A stretch of DNA of 64,000 bases from Candidatus Omnitrophota bacterium (GTDB taxonomy: Bacteria > Ratteibacteria > UBA8468 > MWAK01), in the NCBI GenBank assembly GCA_043826355.1, contig JBDRQI010000005.1, positions 32,001 to 96,000 on the forward strand. The letters run 5' to 3'. A program made the translations under genes and the position numbers. This document shows, in pieces, positions 47,306 to 58,221 of the stretch. The notes below the pieces were generated by a model, which worked only from the letters and a program-made list of their open reading frames with translations, was not told where the DNA came from and did not search any database. Positions within the stretch are counted from its first letter, which is position 1. Each line of letters begins with the position of its first letter.

Positions 47306-48160
47306 TTACATCAGGGATTTCTGGAATTCCTTCGCTTCATCCAAGGCCTTCAGAACGTACTCCCGGTCTCCTGCCTGCAGCGCGCTCTTCCATTCCGCCA
47401 ACATCTTCTCTAGGACCGACAGATTCTGCAGCAAATATTCCCGGTTGGTCAGGAAGACGTCCTGCCAGACTGAGGGCTCGCCTGCGGCGATACGGGTAAC
47501 GTCGCGAAAACCGGTGCCGAGGAACCTCTCCGGCTTTGCAACCGCCAGCCGCTTGACCGTCAGAGCAGCCAGAACCGCCAGGAGGTGGGGAATATGGCTG
47601 GTCGTTGCCAAAATCCGGTCGTGTTCTTCCGGAGAAAGCAGAAACACCCTGCTTCCCAAGCCTTCCCAGAACAATTGAACCTTCTTTAAATCCGACGGTC
47701 CAGTCTTGGATGTAGGCGTTAAAACCGTAACGCGGTTCTCAAAAAGGTTGGGGTCCGCGGCTTCCGGACCGTTTTGCTCAGACCCGGCAATCGGATGACC
47801 GCCGACAAAAGAGAAGTTGCCGGGCAGCGCATCCCCGGCAACTTTCAAGACCGCAGCCTTGGTACTGCAGGCATCCGTAATCAAACAACGTCTGCTTCCC
47901 AAAAAAGGAAGACCGGACTTCAAAAGTTCCAAAACCGCATTGATTGGCGCCGCCAGAATAATCAGGTCGGCGCCAACAAGGCCTTCACCCGGGTTAACGG
48001 TATAAGAATCAATTGCGTCAACAGCAGCGGCTTTTTTCAGCGATTCCAAGCGTCGGCCCACCCCAACCACTTCCTGCGCCATTTTCCGCGTTTTCAAACC
48101 GGCGCCGATAGACCCGCCGATTAGACCAACTCCGAATATCGCCACTTTTTTAAAAACCAT
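47306..48160 (-). CDS. tyrA: Prephenate/arogenate dehydrogenase
   Basis: GVGLIGGS, HPIAGSE, HD...SHIPH, FRDVTRIA; the upstream ORF extension runs through repeat DNA. Confidence 0.92.
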   Translation of the reverse strand: MVFKKVAIFGVGLIGGSIGAGLKTRKMAQEVVGVGRRLESLKKAAAVDAIDSYTVNPGEGLVGADLIILAAPINAVLELLKSGLPFLGSRRCLITDACSTKAAVLKVAGDALPGNFSFVGGHPIAGSEQNGPEAADPNLFENRVTVLTPTSKTGPSDLKKVQLFWEGLGSRVFLLSPEEHDRILATTSHIPHLLAVLAALTVKRLAVAKPERFLGTGFRDVTRIAAGEPSVWQDVFLTNREYLLQNLSVLEKMLAEWKSALQAGDREYVLKALDEAKEFQKSLM

Positions 48161-48171
48161 GCGAGATTTTC

Positions 48172-48288
48172 GTAGGGGAGGGGTTATATCCCCGCCCGCG
48201 GGCTGAAAGTCCGCCTCAGGCGGGAGGGGACACAGTCCTTCCCCTACATTAAAAAATGGATTCCCGTTAACCATATACGGGAATGACA
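48172..48288. repeat. Composite repeats: GTAGGGG...CCCCTAC with nested CCGCCTCAGGCGG hairpin, then GATTCCCG...GGGAATGAC
   Basis: Inverted repeats read directly; related copies elsewhere in the window. Confidence 0.7.
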
Positions 48289-48299
48289 ACGTTTTTGTA

Positions 48300-49055
48300 C
48301 TACTCCTTGGCCGGCGCTATCTTCTTCAAGAATGCGCTGAATAATTCCATCGGCAAGGGGAAGACCAGCGTTGAATTCTTCTCCGAAGCAATTTCGGTGG
48401 CAACCTGAAGGTAACGCAATTGGATGCCCAGCGGAGACTGTTCCAGGATTTTGGAAGCGGCCACCAGTTTTTCACTCGCCTGGAATTCACCCTCGGCCGC
48501 GATAATCTTCGCCCGCCGGTTCCGTTCCGCCTCGGCCTGACTGGCCATCGCCCGTTTCATCGTATCCGGCAATTCCACTTCCTTAACCTCTACGATGCTG
48601 ACCTTAACGCCCCAGGGGTCGGTCTGCTCGTCAATAATCTGCTGCAGCCGCTGATTAATCTTCTCCCGTTCCGAAAGCAGTTCGTCCAGTTCCGACTGGC
48701 CCAGGACGCCGCGCAGGGTCGTCTGGGCAATCTGCATCGTCGCCAATTGATAGTTTTCCACGTCAACCACCGCCTTGGACGGGTCCAGCACCCGGAAATA
48801 GATTACCGCATTGACCTTCACCGGAACGTTATCCTTGGTGATAATCTCCTGCGGGGTAACGTCAAAAGTAACGGTGCGCAAACTGATCTTGACCATCCGG
48901 TCCACAATCGGAACCAGGAAAAAAAGGCCCGGCCCCTTGGCGCCGATGAGACGTCCCAGCCGAAAAATTACGCCTCTTTCGTACTCATTGACAACCCGAA
49001 TCGTGTTGGCAAGAATAATCAAAACAACTACCCCCAAAAATACCCATGCACCCAT
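48300..49055 (-). CDS. SPFH/stomatin-like (slipin) protein
   Basis: [41 protein letters not shown]. Confidence 0.93.
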   Translation of the reverse strand: MGAWVFLGVVVLIILANTIRVVNEYERGVIFRLGRLIGAKGPGLFFLVPIVDRMVKISLRTVTFDVTPQEIITKDNVPVKVNAVIYFRVLDPSKAVVDVENYQLATMQIAQTTLRGVLGQSELDELLSEREKINQRLQQIIDEQTDPWGVKVSIVEVKEVELPDTMKRAMASQAEAERNRRAKIIAAEGEFQASEKLVAASKILEQSPLGIQLRYLQVATEIASEKNSTLVFPLPMELFSAFLKKIAPAKE

Positions 49056-49056
49056 T

Positions 49057-49704
49057 TTACCTCCTATTTTGACATTCTTTGACCATCCCCCCCACCTTGC
49101 CTCCCCCACCAGGGGGGAAAAGTTCAGGATGGCAAGTTCTACTGCCGGGTTTTACCAGCGGAATCTGCTGCCGGCAGAACAAGCAGTCGTCCGGCGGAAA
49201 AGTGGTTAAAGGAAGCTGTAGGAGAACTTCCTTCCGCACCCCGAAATCCTTTGGTTGGCTGCTCCGCTCGGCAACCGCGGCCACTCCGCAGATTTCCGCC
49301 TGAAAAGATTTAACCAGCGTTATCACCTCCCGGATAGAACCACCGGTAGTGATTACATCTTCTACCACCAGGACCTTTTCTCCTTTCCGAATTTCAAAAC
49401 CGCGGCGCAAGGTAAAAACGCCTTCCTGCCGCTCGGCGAAGATTGCCCGGCTGCCTTTCAAACCTCCGGCCACCGCAAAAGCGATAACCACTCCGCCCAG
49501 GGCCGGGCCGATAACAACTGAAATGCGCTCACCCCGAAACCGGCTTGCCAATTCCCCGCCGAGTAAAAGAGCTGTGGCCGGCTCCTGCAAAACAAGGGCG
49601 GCCTGCAAATACCGATCGCTGTGGAGGCCGGAAGAAAGAAGAAAGTGGCCGGTCAGAAGAGCATTACTTTGCTCAAAAATTTTCAGAATTTCTGCTTGTT
49701 CCAC
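49057..49704 (-). CDS. pyrE: Orotate phosphoribosyltransferase
   Basis: [33 protein letters not shown]. Confidence 0.94.
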   Translation of the reverse strand: MEQAEILKIFEQSNALLTGHFLLSSGLHSDRYLQAALVLQEPATALLLGGELASRFRGERISVVIGPALGGVVIAFAVAGGLKGSRAIFAERQEGVFTLRRGFEIRKGEKVLVVEDVITTGGSIREVITLVKSFQAEICGVAAVAERSSQPKDFGVRKEVLLQLPLTTFPPDDCLFCRQQIPLVKPGSRTCHPELFPPGGGGKVGGMVKECQNRR

Positions 49705-49783
49705 CCTCCCCCTTCCCTCGCCCCCTCCCGCCTACGCCAAAGATTCGGCGGGCACAGCCCGCCAGCCAGGAGAGGAGAATTGG

Positions 49784-50932
49784 TTATTCATGTTTATAAA
49801 TCACCAGGCCGCTGGGAATTTTGGGATAAAAACAGGTGCTCTTGCGCGGCAGAATCACTTCCTTTTCCCAGACCTCGTGGAGCCGATTGGGCAAAAGAGG
49901 CGGCAGGAAAAAAGCGACCCCGCCTTCCCGGTGCACCATGTCCAAAAGCGATTGCGCGTCCGGGTCAAAAGAGACCTCGTCATCGCTCCGAGTAAGAATC
50001 TGATTGATAATTGTCCGTTGTAAAAAAGAAACCTCTAATTCCGCTCCTTTTTCTTCGGGAACGGCAAACCGGAAAAATTTACCGGCAACCGTTGCCCCGA
50101 GCCAGCCGGAAGAAAGGTTGCCCACCAAACTCCTCAAGTCCGGTTCCGGCTGGAATTGAAACCGTTCCCAAACCGGGGCGAGGTCCTGTTCCTTCAATCC
50201 GGGAAGATACCGGTGGAAAGGCAAAACCGTGGTGTCGTCCGAAAAGGAATTCAGAAAGTAAGTCAGAACAAATCCGCAGGATCTGTTCCCCTGCTGCATA
50301 AAATGCTGATAAGCGCTGCTGTAACGGTGGTGTCCGTCCGCGATAAAAACCTTCTGGCCGGCAAAAATTTCCGGCAACTCCGGAACCGGCCCTATCTTCC
50401 AGAGAGAAAATTTGACTCCGCGGTCGTCCTCATAAGCAATAAACGGCGGTTTCTTTTCCGCTTCGGCGGCAATCGTTTCCGCCGTCATTTTCCGGTCGCG
50501 GTAAAGGATGATAATCGGACAGAAATTAGCTTCCACTTCGCCGAGCAGTTGAAACTGTTCCTGCCGGATGCCGGGGATGGTCTCTTCGTGCGGATAGACA
50601 GAACCCTTTTTCAGTTCTTCCAGCCCGAGCAGCGCAACCAGTCCCCGGCCGACGCGCGGGAAACCGTTAAATTGGTAGTCCTGCCGGCACCAGTAAAACG
50701 CGGGTTTCTCATCCTGAAAAAAGACCGGCTGCTCCAGCCAGCTCCGAAAATCCCGTTTCGCCGCCGCAAAACTCTCCGGCAGGATAAGCCGCACAACGTT
50801 GTGGGAGCTGCGTTCCAGCAGACAATTTTTTTCTTCGGGTGAAATCACATCATACGGCGGCGCCAACAACCCCCAGTACGAATTCCGTTCGGGCCGGTAA
50901 AAGAATCCTTGAAAGGGGACAATTTTAGCCAT
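49784..50932 (-). CDS. DUF1015 family protein
   Basis: APPYDVIS, PHEET, IADGHHRY, PRKSTCFYPK. Confidence 0.88.
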   Translation of the reverse strand: MAKIVPFQGFFYRPERNSYWGLLAPPYDVISPEEKNCLLERSSHNVVRLILPESFAAAKRDFRSWLEQPVFFQDEKPAFYWCRQDYQFNGFPRVGRGLVALLGLEELKKGSVYPHEETIPGIRQEQFQLLGEVEANFCPIIILYRDRKMTAETIAAEAEKKPPFIAYEDDRGVKFSLWKIGPVPELPEIFAGQKVFIADGHHRYSSAYQHFMQQGNRSCGFVLTYFLNSFSDDTTVLPFHRYLPGLKEQDLAPVWERFQFQPEPDLRSLVGNLSSGWLGATVAGKFFRFAVPEEKGAELEVSFLQRTIINQILTRSDDEVSFDPDAQSLLDMVHREGGVAFFLPPLLPNRLHEVWEKEVILPRKSTCFYPKIPSGLVIYKHE

Positions 50933-50970
50933 AAGTTAACGGGATGCAGATTTACATAAATAAAAAATTC

Positions 50971-51053
50971 TGTCATACCCGCGTGTAGTAAACGGGGATA
51001 CAGGAAAAAGTTACGAGTAGTTTAGATTCCCGCTTACGACGTGCGGGAATGAT
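50971..51053. repeat. Degenerate GTCAT(T/A)CCCG...GGGAATGA double-hairpin repeat
   Basis: Homologous to 17704-17778. Confidence 0.65.
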
Positions 51054-51085
51054 AATCTTTTACTAACTGTCAGTGCCAAGAATTA

Positions 51086-53131
51086 TCACCAGAAACCTTC
51101 TTCGTAACCTTCTCCCGGAACAATCAGCTTTAAACTTCCCTGCTGAGGGAACCTTTTCAGGATATGGCTATTCCGCAGGATTTCAAGATAAAATTCAAAC
51201 CCGGAACCGGAAATTAGATTCAGCGCTTTCCAGGGAAAAGCAACTTCAATAATATCATCCTGCGCAATCGGGAAAGGATAACTTTGTGGAACTATTTTAC
51301 CATTTTTCGCCTTAAAACTCCATTGCCCGGCGAAACCGAAATTAAGAGCGAAGATAAAACCGTCCTCTTCGGCGGCGGCCGGGTCTAAATCTATCCTGAG
51401 ATAAAGGTTCTCCCGGTCCCAGCCGAAATAAAAATCATCAATTAACGCTCCCTGCTGCTGGTGCATCGCGCCGGAAAGAAGCCCCTCAACCAGGTGACCA
51501 GCGCCCAGCCATTCATAATAACTGGTTACCCGGCCATCAATCTCCGGCTGAATCGGGTTTTTGGGAAGATGAACCTCCTCTTTCCGGGATTCTTTGATGA
51601 ACTTCTGTAGCTCTTCCGGTCCCTTTTCACCCTGGAACCGGTAAAAATTAAGCAGAAACAGCCGGAATAAAGCATCGAATTCCTGGTCCCGGCCGGAATA
51701 ATGTTCCGGGGAGAACCACCAGAACCAGTCGCTCCCCTCTGCGGCCAAAATAGAGTTCCGGGCCGGTTCTTTAATCTCCTCCATTTTACGGCTCTGCCGC
51801 GCCTTCGCCACCGCAGCCCAGGCAAAATCGGCCGCCGGATAACCGGACCAGATGTGTAAATCCTGGTTAATCCAGGAACCGGTGTGGATGCGGTTCAGGG
51901 GCAAGGTTCTGGCCTCGGACAGAGATTGACTCACTGTGCAGGTTTTAAATTCTTTCCGCTCGCTGAACATTGCGTACAGGTTCGTCAGAAACGGCACGCC
52001 GTTTTCCGGATAAGATTCCCAGGCATTTTCACCATCCAAGATGATGCTGGCCGCACCCGGGCCACCCCCAATCAGGTCCTTGATGCGCAAAAGGTCCTCA
52101 CAAAGATCGTCCGAGGCCGCTTTTGCTTCCTGAAAATGATAGGCAAAACCGATCTTATCGGAAATACGCCGGTCGCGAAAGAGCACTTTAATCTTCCCGG
52201 CATCGCTTTGATAGGTGTACGGTTGGTAAATACCTTCGGCCGGTAGTCCGCCGCCACCCAAAGAACGTCTTAGAATCCCTTCATCGGTGGCAGTCCAGGA
52301 AAACCCTTCCCGCGTTAAGAGGTTAAGCGTTTCATTGCTCACCGCACCTTCCGAAGGCCAGCAACCGGCCGGGTCGCTCCCGAAGATCTCCCGATGGAAT
52401 TCCCGCGCCATCCGAACCTGCAAAACGGCGTCTTCGGGCAGGGGCTGGGGACCGGAAAGAAGCAGCGGCAGGATGGGGTGGTAATAAGGAGAGGTTGAAA
52501 TCTCAACCTGGCCTTCCTCCGACATCTTCTTCCATAAAGGAATGACCCTGGCTATAATTTCATACTGAAAATCAAGCAGGACCGTCTTCTCCTCTTCAGT
52601 GTAATCGCGGCCTTTCCGGACGAGTTCCTTCAGTATGCCTTCTTCCTGCCGCAGGGTTGGATGAAACCAGGCCAGATTAAAAAGGACCTGGAGGTCGCGC
52701 CATTCCGGCATCGAAAAATCACCCACCCTTTCTTCCAATTCTTCGCTGGAAGCGGTACGGCCCCGTTTGCCTAAGAGTTGCCGGTAGCGCGGAAACAACG
52801 TGACCATCGTCTCCCAATTCAGGGAAAAGAAGTTGCTCAGAAGAAATAACTGTTCTTCGGAATTCAGGGCGTCGGCCGGCCGGTAGCTTAAATCCAGGAA
52901 CTTGTCGGATGGACGACGTTTCAGGATGTCAAGAATCTGGCTGGCTAAAACCGGCGTGACATTGAACGTTGCCTTTATCTCCGGAAAACGGTTTAAGGTA
53001 AGAGCGAAACCGTAATAGTCCTTGATGGCGTGCAGCCGCACCCAGGGCATCCGGTAAACACCGGCAGCATAATCCAGATAACAGGGTTGGTGGAAGTGCC
53101 ACACGAAAACAACCGGCAGAGGTTTAGACAT
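51086..53131 (-). CDS. GH57 glycoside hydrolase (amylopullulanase-like)
   Basis: WHFHQP, PWVRLH, PYYHPILPLL, WPSEG, LDGENAWE, AEGSDWFWW. Confidence 0.93.
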   Translation of the reverse strand: MSKPLPVVFVWHFHQPCYLDYAAGVYRMPWVRLHAIKDYYGFALTLNRFPEIKATFNVTPVLASQILDILKRRPSDKFLDLSYRPADALNSEEQLFLLSNFFSLNWETMVTLFPRYRQLLGKRGRTASSEELEERVGDFSMPEWRDLQVLFNLAWFHPTLRQEEGILKELVRKGRDYTEEEKTVLLDFQYEIIARVIPLWKKMSEEGQVEISTSPYYHPILPLLLSGPQPLPEDAVLQVRMAREFHREIFGSDPAGCWPSEGAVSNETLNLLTREGFSWTATDEGILRRSLGGGGLPAEGIYQPYTYQSDAGKIKVLFRDRRISDKIGFAYHFQEAKAASDDLCEDLLRIKDLIGGGPGAASIILDGENAWESYPENGVPFLTNLYAMFSERKEFKTCTVSQSLSEARTLPLNRIHTGSWINQDLHIWSGYPAADFAWAAVAKARQSRKMEEIKEPARNSILAAEGSDWFWWFSPEHYSGRDQEFDALFRLFLLNFYRFQGEKGPEELQKFIKESRKEEVHLPKNPIQPEIDGRVTSYYEWLGAGHLVEGLLSGAMHQQQGALIDDFYFGWDRENLYLRIDLDPAAAEEDGFIFALNFGFAGQWSFKAKNGKIVPQSYPFPIAQDDIIEVAFPWKALNLISGSGFEFYLEILRNSHILKRFPQQGSLKLIVPGEGYEEGFW

Positions 53132-53143
53132 TGTAGTATCCCC

Positions 53144-54643
53144 TTACCTTGCATCCTCTCCCCGATGGGAAAAGGTAGGGTGAGGGGAAATCATGGAACG
53201 GTATAACGCCAGATATTTTTGGGCGGAACTTGACCAGGAAAAATCAGAAGCAAAAGCGCTGGAAACCAATTTTGTCCAATCCTTTTTATTGCGGTAAACA
53301 ACGGCAGCCTTTTGAAGAATGTCAAGCAGGTTCGCGGCTTTAGGCGGAACAAAACTGAATCCGTTTCCACTGGTACCGTCAAAATTAACAACCGAATCGG
53401 CCAATCCGCCGGTCTTGCGCACAACCGGAACGGTGCCGTAGCGGAGGGCTATCATCTGGCCCAGGCCGCAGGGTTCAAAGAGGGAAGGCATCAGGAAAAA
53501 GTCGACGCCGCCGTAAATCAGGTGGGCCAACTCTTCGTTATAACCGGTCCTGAACCCAAAAACACCTTCGTATTTTTGGGCGGCTGATTCAAAAAATTTT
53601 TCATAATCCGGACTCCCGCTGCCCAGGATAACCAGTTTAAATCCCTGTTTCAAAATTTGCGGCAATGCCTCCATTATCATATCAAAACCTTTGGGCGGCA
53701 CCAGGCGGCTCACCACGCCCAAAAGCGGATTATCCGATTGTTTCAAAGAAAATCGGCGGAACAATTCCGCCTTGTTTTCGGATTTCCCGAATAACCTCTC
53801 TTTTCCATAATTATATTTAAGCAACGGGTCGGTTTCCGGATTCCAATACCGGTAATCAATTCCGTTCAAGATGCCGATAAGGTCCTTTGCCCGTTTGTTT
53901 AAAACTCCTTCCAGTTTCTGCCCGAACTCTTCGGTTTTAATCTCCTCGCTGTACGTGGGGCTGACCGTGGTAATCCGGTCCGCCCAGAGAAGTCCGGCTT
54001 TAAGCAGGTTGATTTTACCGTAGAATTCCAGTCCTTCCGGGTTAAAAAGCCGGTCCGGGAGAGAGAGTATCGACCATTCATCTTTCGGGAAGATACCCTG
54101 GTAACCCAGATTGTGAATAGTCATAATGCTTTTCATCTTCCGGTAAAACGGGTCCGCCAAAAACAGCTCCTTCAAATACACCGGCACCAGGCCGGTGTGC
54201 CAATCGTGGCAGTGCACGATATCCGGTTGAAAGTTGAGACCGGCCATAGACCAAATAGCGGCGTAGGAGAAAAAACCGAACCGCAAAAGATTATCCGGGT
54301 AATCTTTGCCGGCCAGTCCGTAAATGGCGTCCCGGCCGAATAGTTCCGGCTGGTCGCAAAAAAGATACTCCACCCTCTGCTTTTGCAGGGAAAGAATCCG
54401 GAAGGCCCGGTCTTTGCCGGCAAAATTGAGCGTCGCTTCCAGGACCACCGAACATTCCTTTTCAAAATTAACGAGCCGGCGGTAAAAGGGCAGGATAATC
54501 TTGACTTCTACATCCAGGCCGGTTTTCGGCGAAGGGGACCCGGCCAGGAATTCCGGCAGGGAACCGATTACATCCGCCAGTCCGCCGGTCTTGAAGAACG
54601 GTACCGATTCTGCCGCCGTAAAAAGTATTTTTGTTTTCATCAT
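53144..54643 (-). CDS. glgA: Glycogen synthase
   Basis: KTGGLADV, HCHDWH, TIHNLGYQG, PSLFEPCGL. Confidence 0.96.
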   Translation of the reverse strand: MMKTKILFTAAESVPFFKTGGLADVIGSLPEFLAGSPSPKTGLDVEVKIILPFYRRLVNFEKECSVVLEATLNFAGKDRAFRILSLQKQRVEYLFCDQPELFGRDAIYGLAGKDYPDNLLRFGFFSYAAIWSMAGLNFQPDIVHCHDWHTGLVPVYLKELFLADPFYRKMKSIMTIHNLGYQGIFPKDEWSILSLPDRLFNPEGLEFYGKINLLKAGLLWADRITTVSPTYSEEIKTEEFGQKLEGVLNKRAKDLIGILNGIDYRYWNPETDPLLKYNYGKERLFGKSENKAELFRRFSLKQSDNPLLGVVSRLVPPKGFDMIMEALPQILKQGFKLVILGSGSPDYEKFFESAAQKYEGVFGFRTGYNEELAHLIYGGVDFFLMPSLFEPCGLGQMIALRYGTVPVVRKTGGLADSVVNFDGTSGNGFSFVPPKAANLLDILQKAAVVYRNKKDWTKLVSSAFASDFSWSSSAQKYLALYRSMISPHPTFSHRGEDAR

Positions 54644-54756
54644 AATATTTAGTTTATCATATTGATTGTAGATTTGACGAGTAATTAACAATAACTTTGA
54701 CAAAAAACCATCGTGCGGTATGGTATAATAAATATTTAACAACAGGGAGGCGTGAA

Positions 54757-55155
54757 ATGGTCAAATTGGGTGAACGGATACAGGAAGCGGATTGGAAGAC
54801 GGAGAAACACGTTCCGGCGATTGACGGCCCGGACAAGGTGAAAGCGGGTGAATTCTTTGAAGTGAAAGTGGCCGTGGGAAAGGAGATTGCGCACCCGAAC
54901 ACCACCGAACATCACATCCGGTGGATTACGCTCTTCTTCCACCCGGAGGGTGAAAAGTTTTCCTTCCAGGTCGGCCACTATGAATTCACCGGTCACGGCG
55001 AATCAATCCAGGGGCCGAACACGGGCCCGGTTTACACCCACCCCGGAATCACCACTTCGTTGAAAATCGATAAGCCGGGCGCGCTCTACGCTCTGGCCCT
55101 GTGCAACATTCACGGATTGTGGCAATCCGCCAGGGAAATTGCGGTGAACAGTTAA
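54757..55155 (+). CDS. 1Fe superoxide reductase (neelaredoxin)
   Basis: EKHVP, HPNTTEHHI, CNIHG; GGAGG SD. Confidence 0.93.
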   Translation: MVKLGERIQEADWKTEKHVPAIDGPDKVKAGEFFEVKVAVGKEIAHPNTTEHHIRWITLFFHPEGEKFSFQVGHYEFTGHGESIQGPNTGPVYTHPGITTSLKIDKPGALYALALCNIHGLWQSAREIAVNS

Positions 55156-55199
55156 TCATGAACGGTGAACGGTAACTGCTGACTACGGTGAGGAGAAAA

Positions 55200-55334
55200 A
55201 TGGCTAACGTTAAGAATGCGGGCGAGGTCTATAAATGCGAAGTCTGCGGCAATACCGTCCAGGTGCTGGCGGTGGGCGGCGGTGAACTGGTCTGCTGCGG
55301 ACAGCCGATGACGCTGACTGAAGAAAAGAAATAA
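55200..55334 (+). CDS. Desulforedoxin (absent from the ORF track)
   Basis: [44 protein letters not shown] (44 aa); AGGAG SD. Confidence 0.92.
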   Translation: MANVKNAGEVYKCEVCGNTVQVLAVGGGELVCCGQPMTLTEEKK

Positions 55335-55436
55335 AAAAGATGCGCATACTGGCCCTCCGTCGCAATACGGACGCCTCGCGAACGGGCGGCTTCGCCGCCA
55401 CTCGACGTCCATGCTATGGCGGGCAAAGGAGACTAA

Positions 55437-55595
55437 ATGGATAAATGGCGCTGTCTGGTCTGCGGATATATTTATGACCCGTCACTCGGGGACCCGGAAA
55501 ACGGAATCAACCCGGGAACCTCTTTCGAACAACTCCCGGAAACCTGGGTCTGTCCGGAGTGCGGCGTGGGAAAGGACCAGTTTGAAAAGATCTGA
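55437..55595 (+). CDS. Rubredoxin (absent from the ORF track)
   Basis: [15 protein letters not shown]...[16 protein letters not shown] (52 aa); AGGAG SD. Confidence 0.96.
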   Translation: MDKWRCLVCGYIYDPSLGDPENGINPGTSFEQLPETWVCPECGVGKDQFEKI

Positions 55596-57331
55596 TGGAA
55601 CAAAATGAGATTGCTTTCAAGATTGCCGGCGAGGCGGGCCAAGGGCTGAACGTTTCCACCCTGAATCTGGCCAGAACGTTCACCCGGAAAGGTTTCCACG
55701 CTTTTCTGCTGACCGATAACCCCAACTCCATAAAACTGGAGCCCGCCTGGTGTTCCCTGAGGATAAGCACCCACTTGATAGCCAGCCAGACCGAACGGGT
55801 TGACATTCTGGTGGCCTTAAAACCTGACGCCCTCCTGCATCACCAGGCAGAGATGTCGGACAACGGCTTCATTATCTACGACAAAGAGGCTGCAAACCCG
55901 GAAGGCGAAAAAGGGAGCGCGAAGATTAAATACCTGCCGGTACCGCTTTCCGGAATAGCCAAAGAGATGAAAGCCCCGGATTTAATACGCAACACTATCG
56001 CCCTGGGCGCTTTTCTGTCTTTGATTGACTGCCGACCGGACGGGATGGAAGAGATTATAACCGAGGGCTTCGCGCGTAAAGGCGAAGCGGTCATCAAGCA
56101 AAATATCTCGGCGCTGAAAGCCGGTTTCAATTTTGTGCAAAGCAATTACGGAAATTTTATCCGGAAACGTTTACCCGAGGAGAACGGGCCGGCCCGTTTA
56201 TTTCTAACCGGGAACGAGGCGCTTTCGCTCGGGGCCGTTAAAGCCGGCTGTAAACTGCTGGCCGCCTACCCGATGACACCTTCCTCACCCATTCTCCATT
56301 ACATCGCTTCCAAGGAGCAGGAATATAATATCGTGGTCAAGCATACCGAAGATGAGATTGCCGCCATCAATATGGCCATCGGCGCCAATTTTGCCGGAGT
56401 GCGAGCGATGACCTGCACTTCAGGCGGCGGTTTCTCCCTGATGGTGGAAGCGTTGGGCATGGCGGCGCAAAGCGAAACGCCGGTCGTGGTGGTGGTCGGC
56501 CAGCGTCCTGGACCAAGCACCGGCCAGCCGACCCACACCGGCCAGGGAGAATTGCAGTTTTTAATCTCCGCTTCGCAGGGTGAATTTCCCAGAATCATTA
56601 TTGCGCCCGGCGACGCGGCCGAGACCTTCCGGGAGACTTTTAACGCCTTCAATCTGGCGGAAAAGTTCCAGGTCCCGGTTCTCATCCTGACCGACAAATA
56701 CCTGGCGGAAAGTTACGCCGACTGGCCGGAACTTAAAGATGATGACTTGAAGATTGACCGCGGTAAGTTATTAACCGAAGCGCAATTATCCGCGGAAAAA
56801 GATTACCGGCGCTATCGGATTACGCCCGACGGAATTTCTCCCCGGTCCACCCCTTCCCAAAAGAACGGCATTCACGTCGCCACCAGTTATGAACACGATG
56901 AATCCGGCTGGTACCAGGAAAACCCGGTTGGAGTTAAAACGATGTACGACAAGCGGTTCGCCAAAATGCCCTTTATTCTGAAGGAGATGAAAGAACCAAA
57001 ACTTTACGGACCGGATGAGGCGCAAATAACGCTCCTGGCCTGGGGTTCCACCAAAGGCCCGGCTCTGGAAGCCCTGGAACGCCTGGCGAACAAAGGCATA
57101 ACAGCCAACCTGATTCACCTAACCTACCTGTGGCCGCTGCCTGTTGAAACGCTGTCCGGATTGATTGAAAGCGCGCAGCAAACGCTGATGGTTGAGGGCA
57201 ACCATAACGGACAATTAGCGCAGGTCATCCGCCAGGAGACCGGTTTAAAAATTAACCATATTTTGACAAAATATGACGGACAGCCTTTCTACCCGGCTGA
57301 CATTTGCGCAAAAGTCAAGGAGATTATTTAA
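55595..57331 (+). CDS. 2-oxoacid:ferredoxin oxidoreductase alpha subunit (fused gamma domain)
   Basis: AGEAGQG, GNEA, YPMTPSS, EDEIAA, RPGPSTG. Confidence 0.93.
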   Translation: MEQNEIAFKIAGEAGQGLNVSTLNLARTFTRKGFHAFLLTDNPNSIKLEPAWCSLRISTHLIASQTERVDILVALKPDALLHHQAEMSDNGFIIYDKEAANPEGEKGSAKIKYLPVPLSGIAKEMKAPDLIRNTIALGAFLSLIDCRPDGMEEIITEGFARKGEAVIKQNISALKAGFNFVQSNYGNFIRKRLPEENGPARLFLTGNEALSLGAVKAGCKLLAAYPMTPSSPILHYIASKEQEYNIVVKHTEDEIAAINMAIGANFAGVRAMTCTSGGGFSLMVEALGMAAQSETPVVVVVGQRPGPSTGQPTHTGQGELQFLISASQGEFPRIIIAPGDAAETFRETFNAFNLAEKFQVPVLILTDKYLAESYADWPELKDDDLKIDRGKLLTEAQLSAEKDYRRYRITPDGISPRSTPSQKNGIHVATSYEHDESGWYQENPVGVKTMYDKRFAKMPFILKEMKEPKLYGPDEAQITLLAWGSTKGPALEALERLANKGITANLIHLTYLWPLPVETLSGLIESAQQTLMVEGNHNGQLAQVIRQETGLKINHILTKYDGQPFYPADICAKVKEII

Positions 57332-58191
57332 TGGCTACACTGCCGGAATTGAAGACCGGACATAATCCATCCTGGTGCCTGGGCTGCGGTAATTACGGAA
57401 TCCTCAACGGACTGAAAGCGGCCATCAGCCAGGCCGGACTTGAGCCGCACCTCACGGTGCTGGTCTCCGGCATCGGCTGTTCCGGAAAAGACCCTCACTT
57501 TGTCAAAACATACGGTTTTGAAGGCATCCACGGCCGGGTCCTGCCGGTGGCCACCGCCGTCCGGCTGGCCAACCACAAACTGAAAGTAATCGGTTGCGCC
57601 GGAGACGGCGACGCCTACGGAATCGGCGGCAACCATTTTCTGCATACGATGCGCCGCAACGTTGAGATAACCTACCTGGTCCACGACAACCAGATTTACG
57701 GTTTGACCACCGGGCAAACCTCGCCGACCAGCGTCAAGGGATTCGCCACCAAATCCACGCCCTTCGGTGTCATTGAAGAACCGGCTAATCCCGTCAGTCT
57801 GGCGATTGCGGCCGGCGCCACCTTCGTGGCTCGCGCTTTCGTGGGTGAGTTCAATCACTTCAAACAGGTCCTGGTACAGGCCCTGAAACACAAAGGGTTC
57901 GCCCTAATTGACATCCTTCAACCCTGCGTCACCTTCAACTACCTGAATACCTACCAGTGGTTCAGCCAGCGCGTTTACAAATTGGAAGACGAGCCCGGCT
58001 ATGAACCGCGCGACCGAATGTATGCGTTTACCCGGGCGCAGGAATTAGGAGAACGGATTCCAATCGGGGTTTTCTTTCAGGAGACCAAACCAACCTACGA
58101 GGAACAGCTGCCGCAGATAAAAGATAAACCGCTCGCCGAGCAGGACATCTCTTCCGTTGATATTAAAAAGTCGCTCGCGGAATTTATTTAA
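57331..58191 (+). CDS. 2-oxoacid:ferredoxin oxidoreductase beta subunit
   Basis: WCLGCG, SGIGCS, IHGR, GDGD...DNQIYGLTTGQ, QPCVTFN. Confidence 0.93.
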   Translation: MATLPELKTGHNPSWCLGCGNYGILNGLKAAISQAGLEPHLTVLVSGIGCSGKDPHFVKTYGFEGIHGRVLPVATAVRLANHKLKVIGCAGDGDAYGIGGNHFLHTMRRNVEITYLVHDNQIYGLTTGQTSPTSVKGFATKSTPFGVIEEPANPVSLAIAAGATFVARAFVGEFNHFKQVLVQALKHKGFALIDILQPCVTFNYLNTYQWFSQRVYKLEDEPGYEPRDRMYAFTRAQELGERIPIGVFFQETKPTYEEQLPQIKDKPLAEQDISSVDIKKSLAEFI

Positions 58192-58221
58192 TCCAAAATT
58201 TACCGCCGGCGGCGGTCTCCC

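Noticed and set aside
48161..48289. N-terminal extension of TyrA in the ORF track
   Set aside because: It is a translation of intergenic repeat DNA; homology starts at ATG 48160
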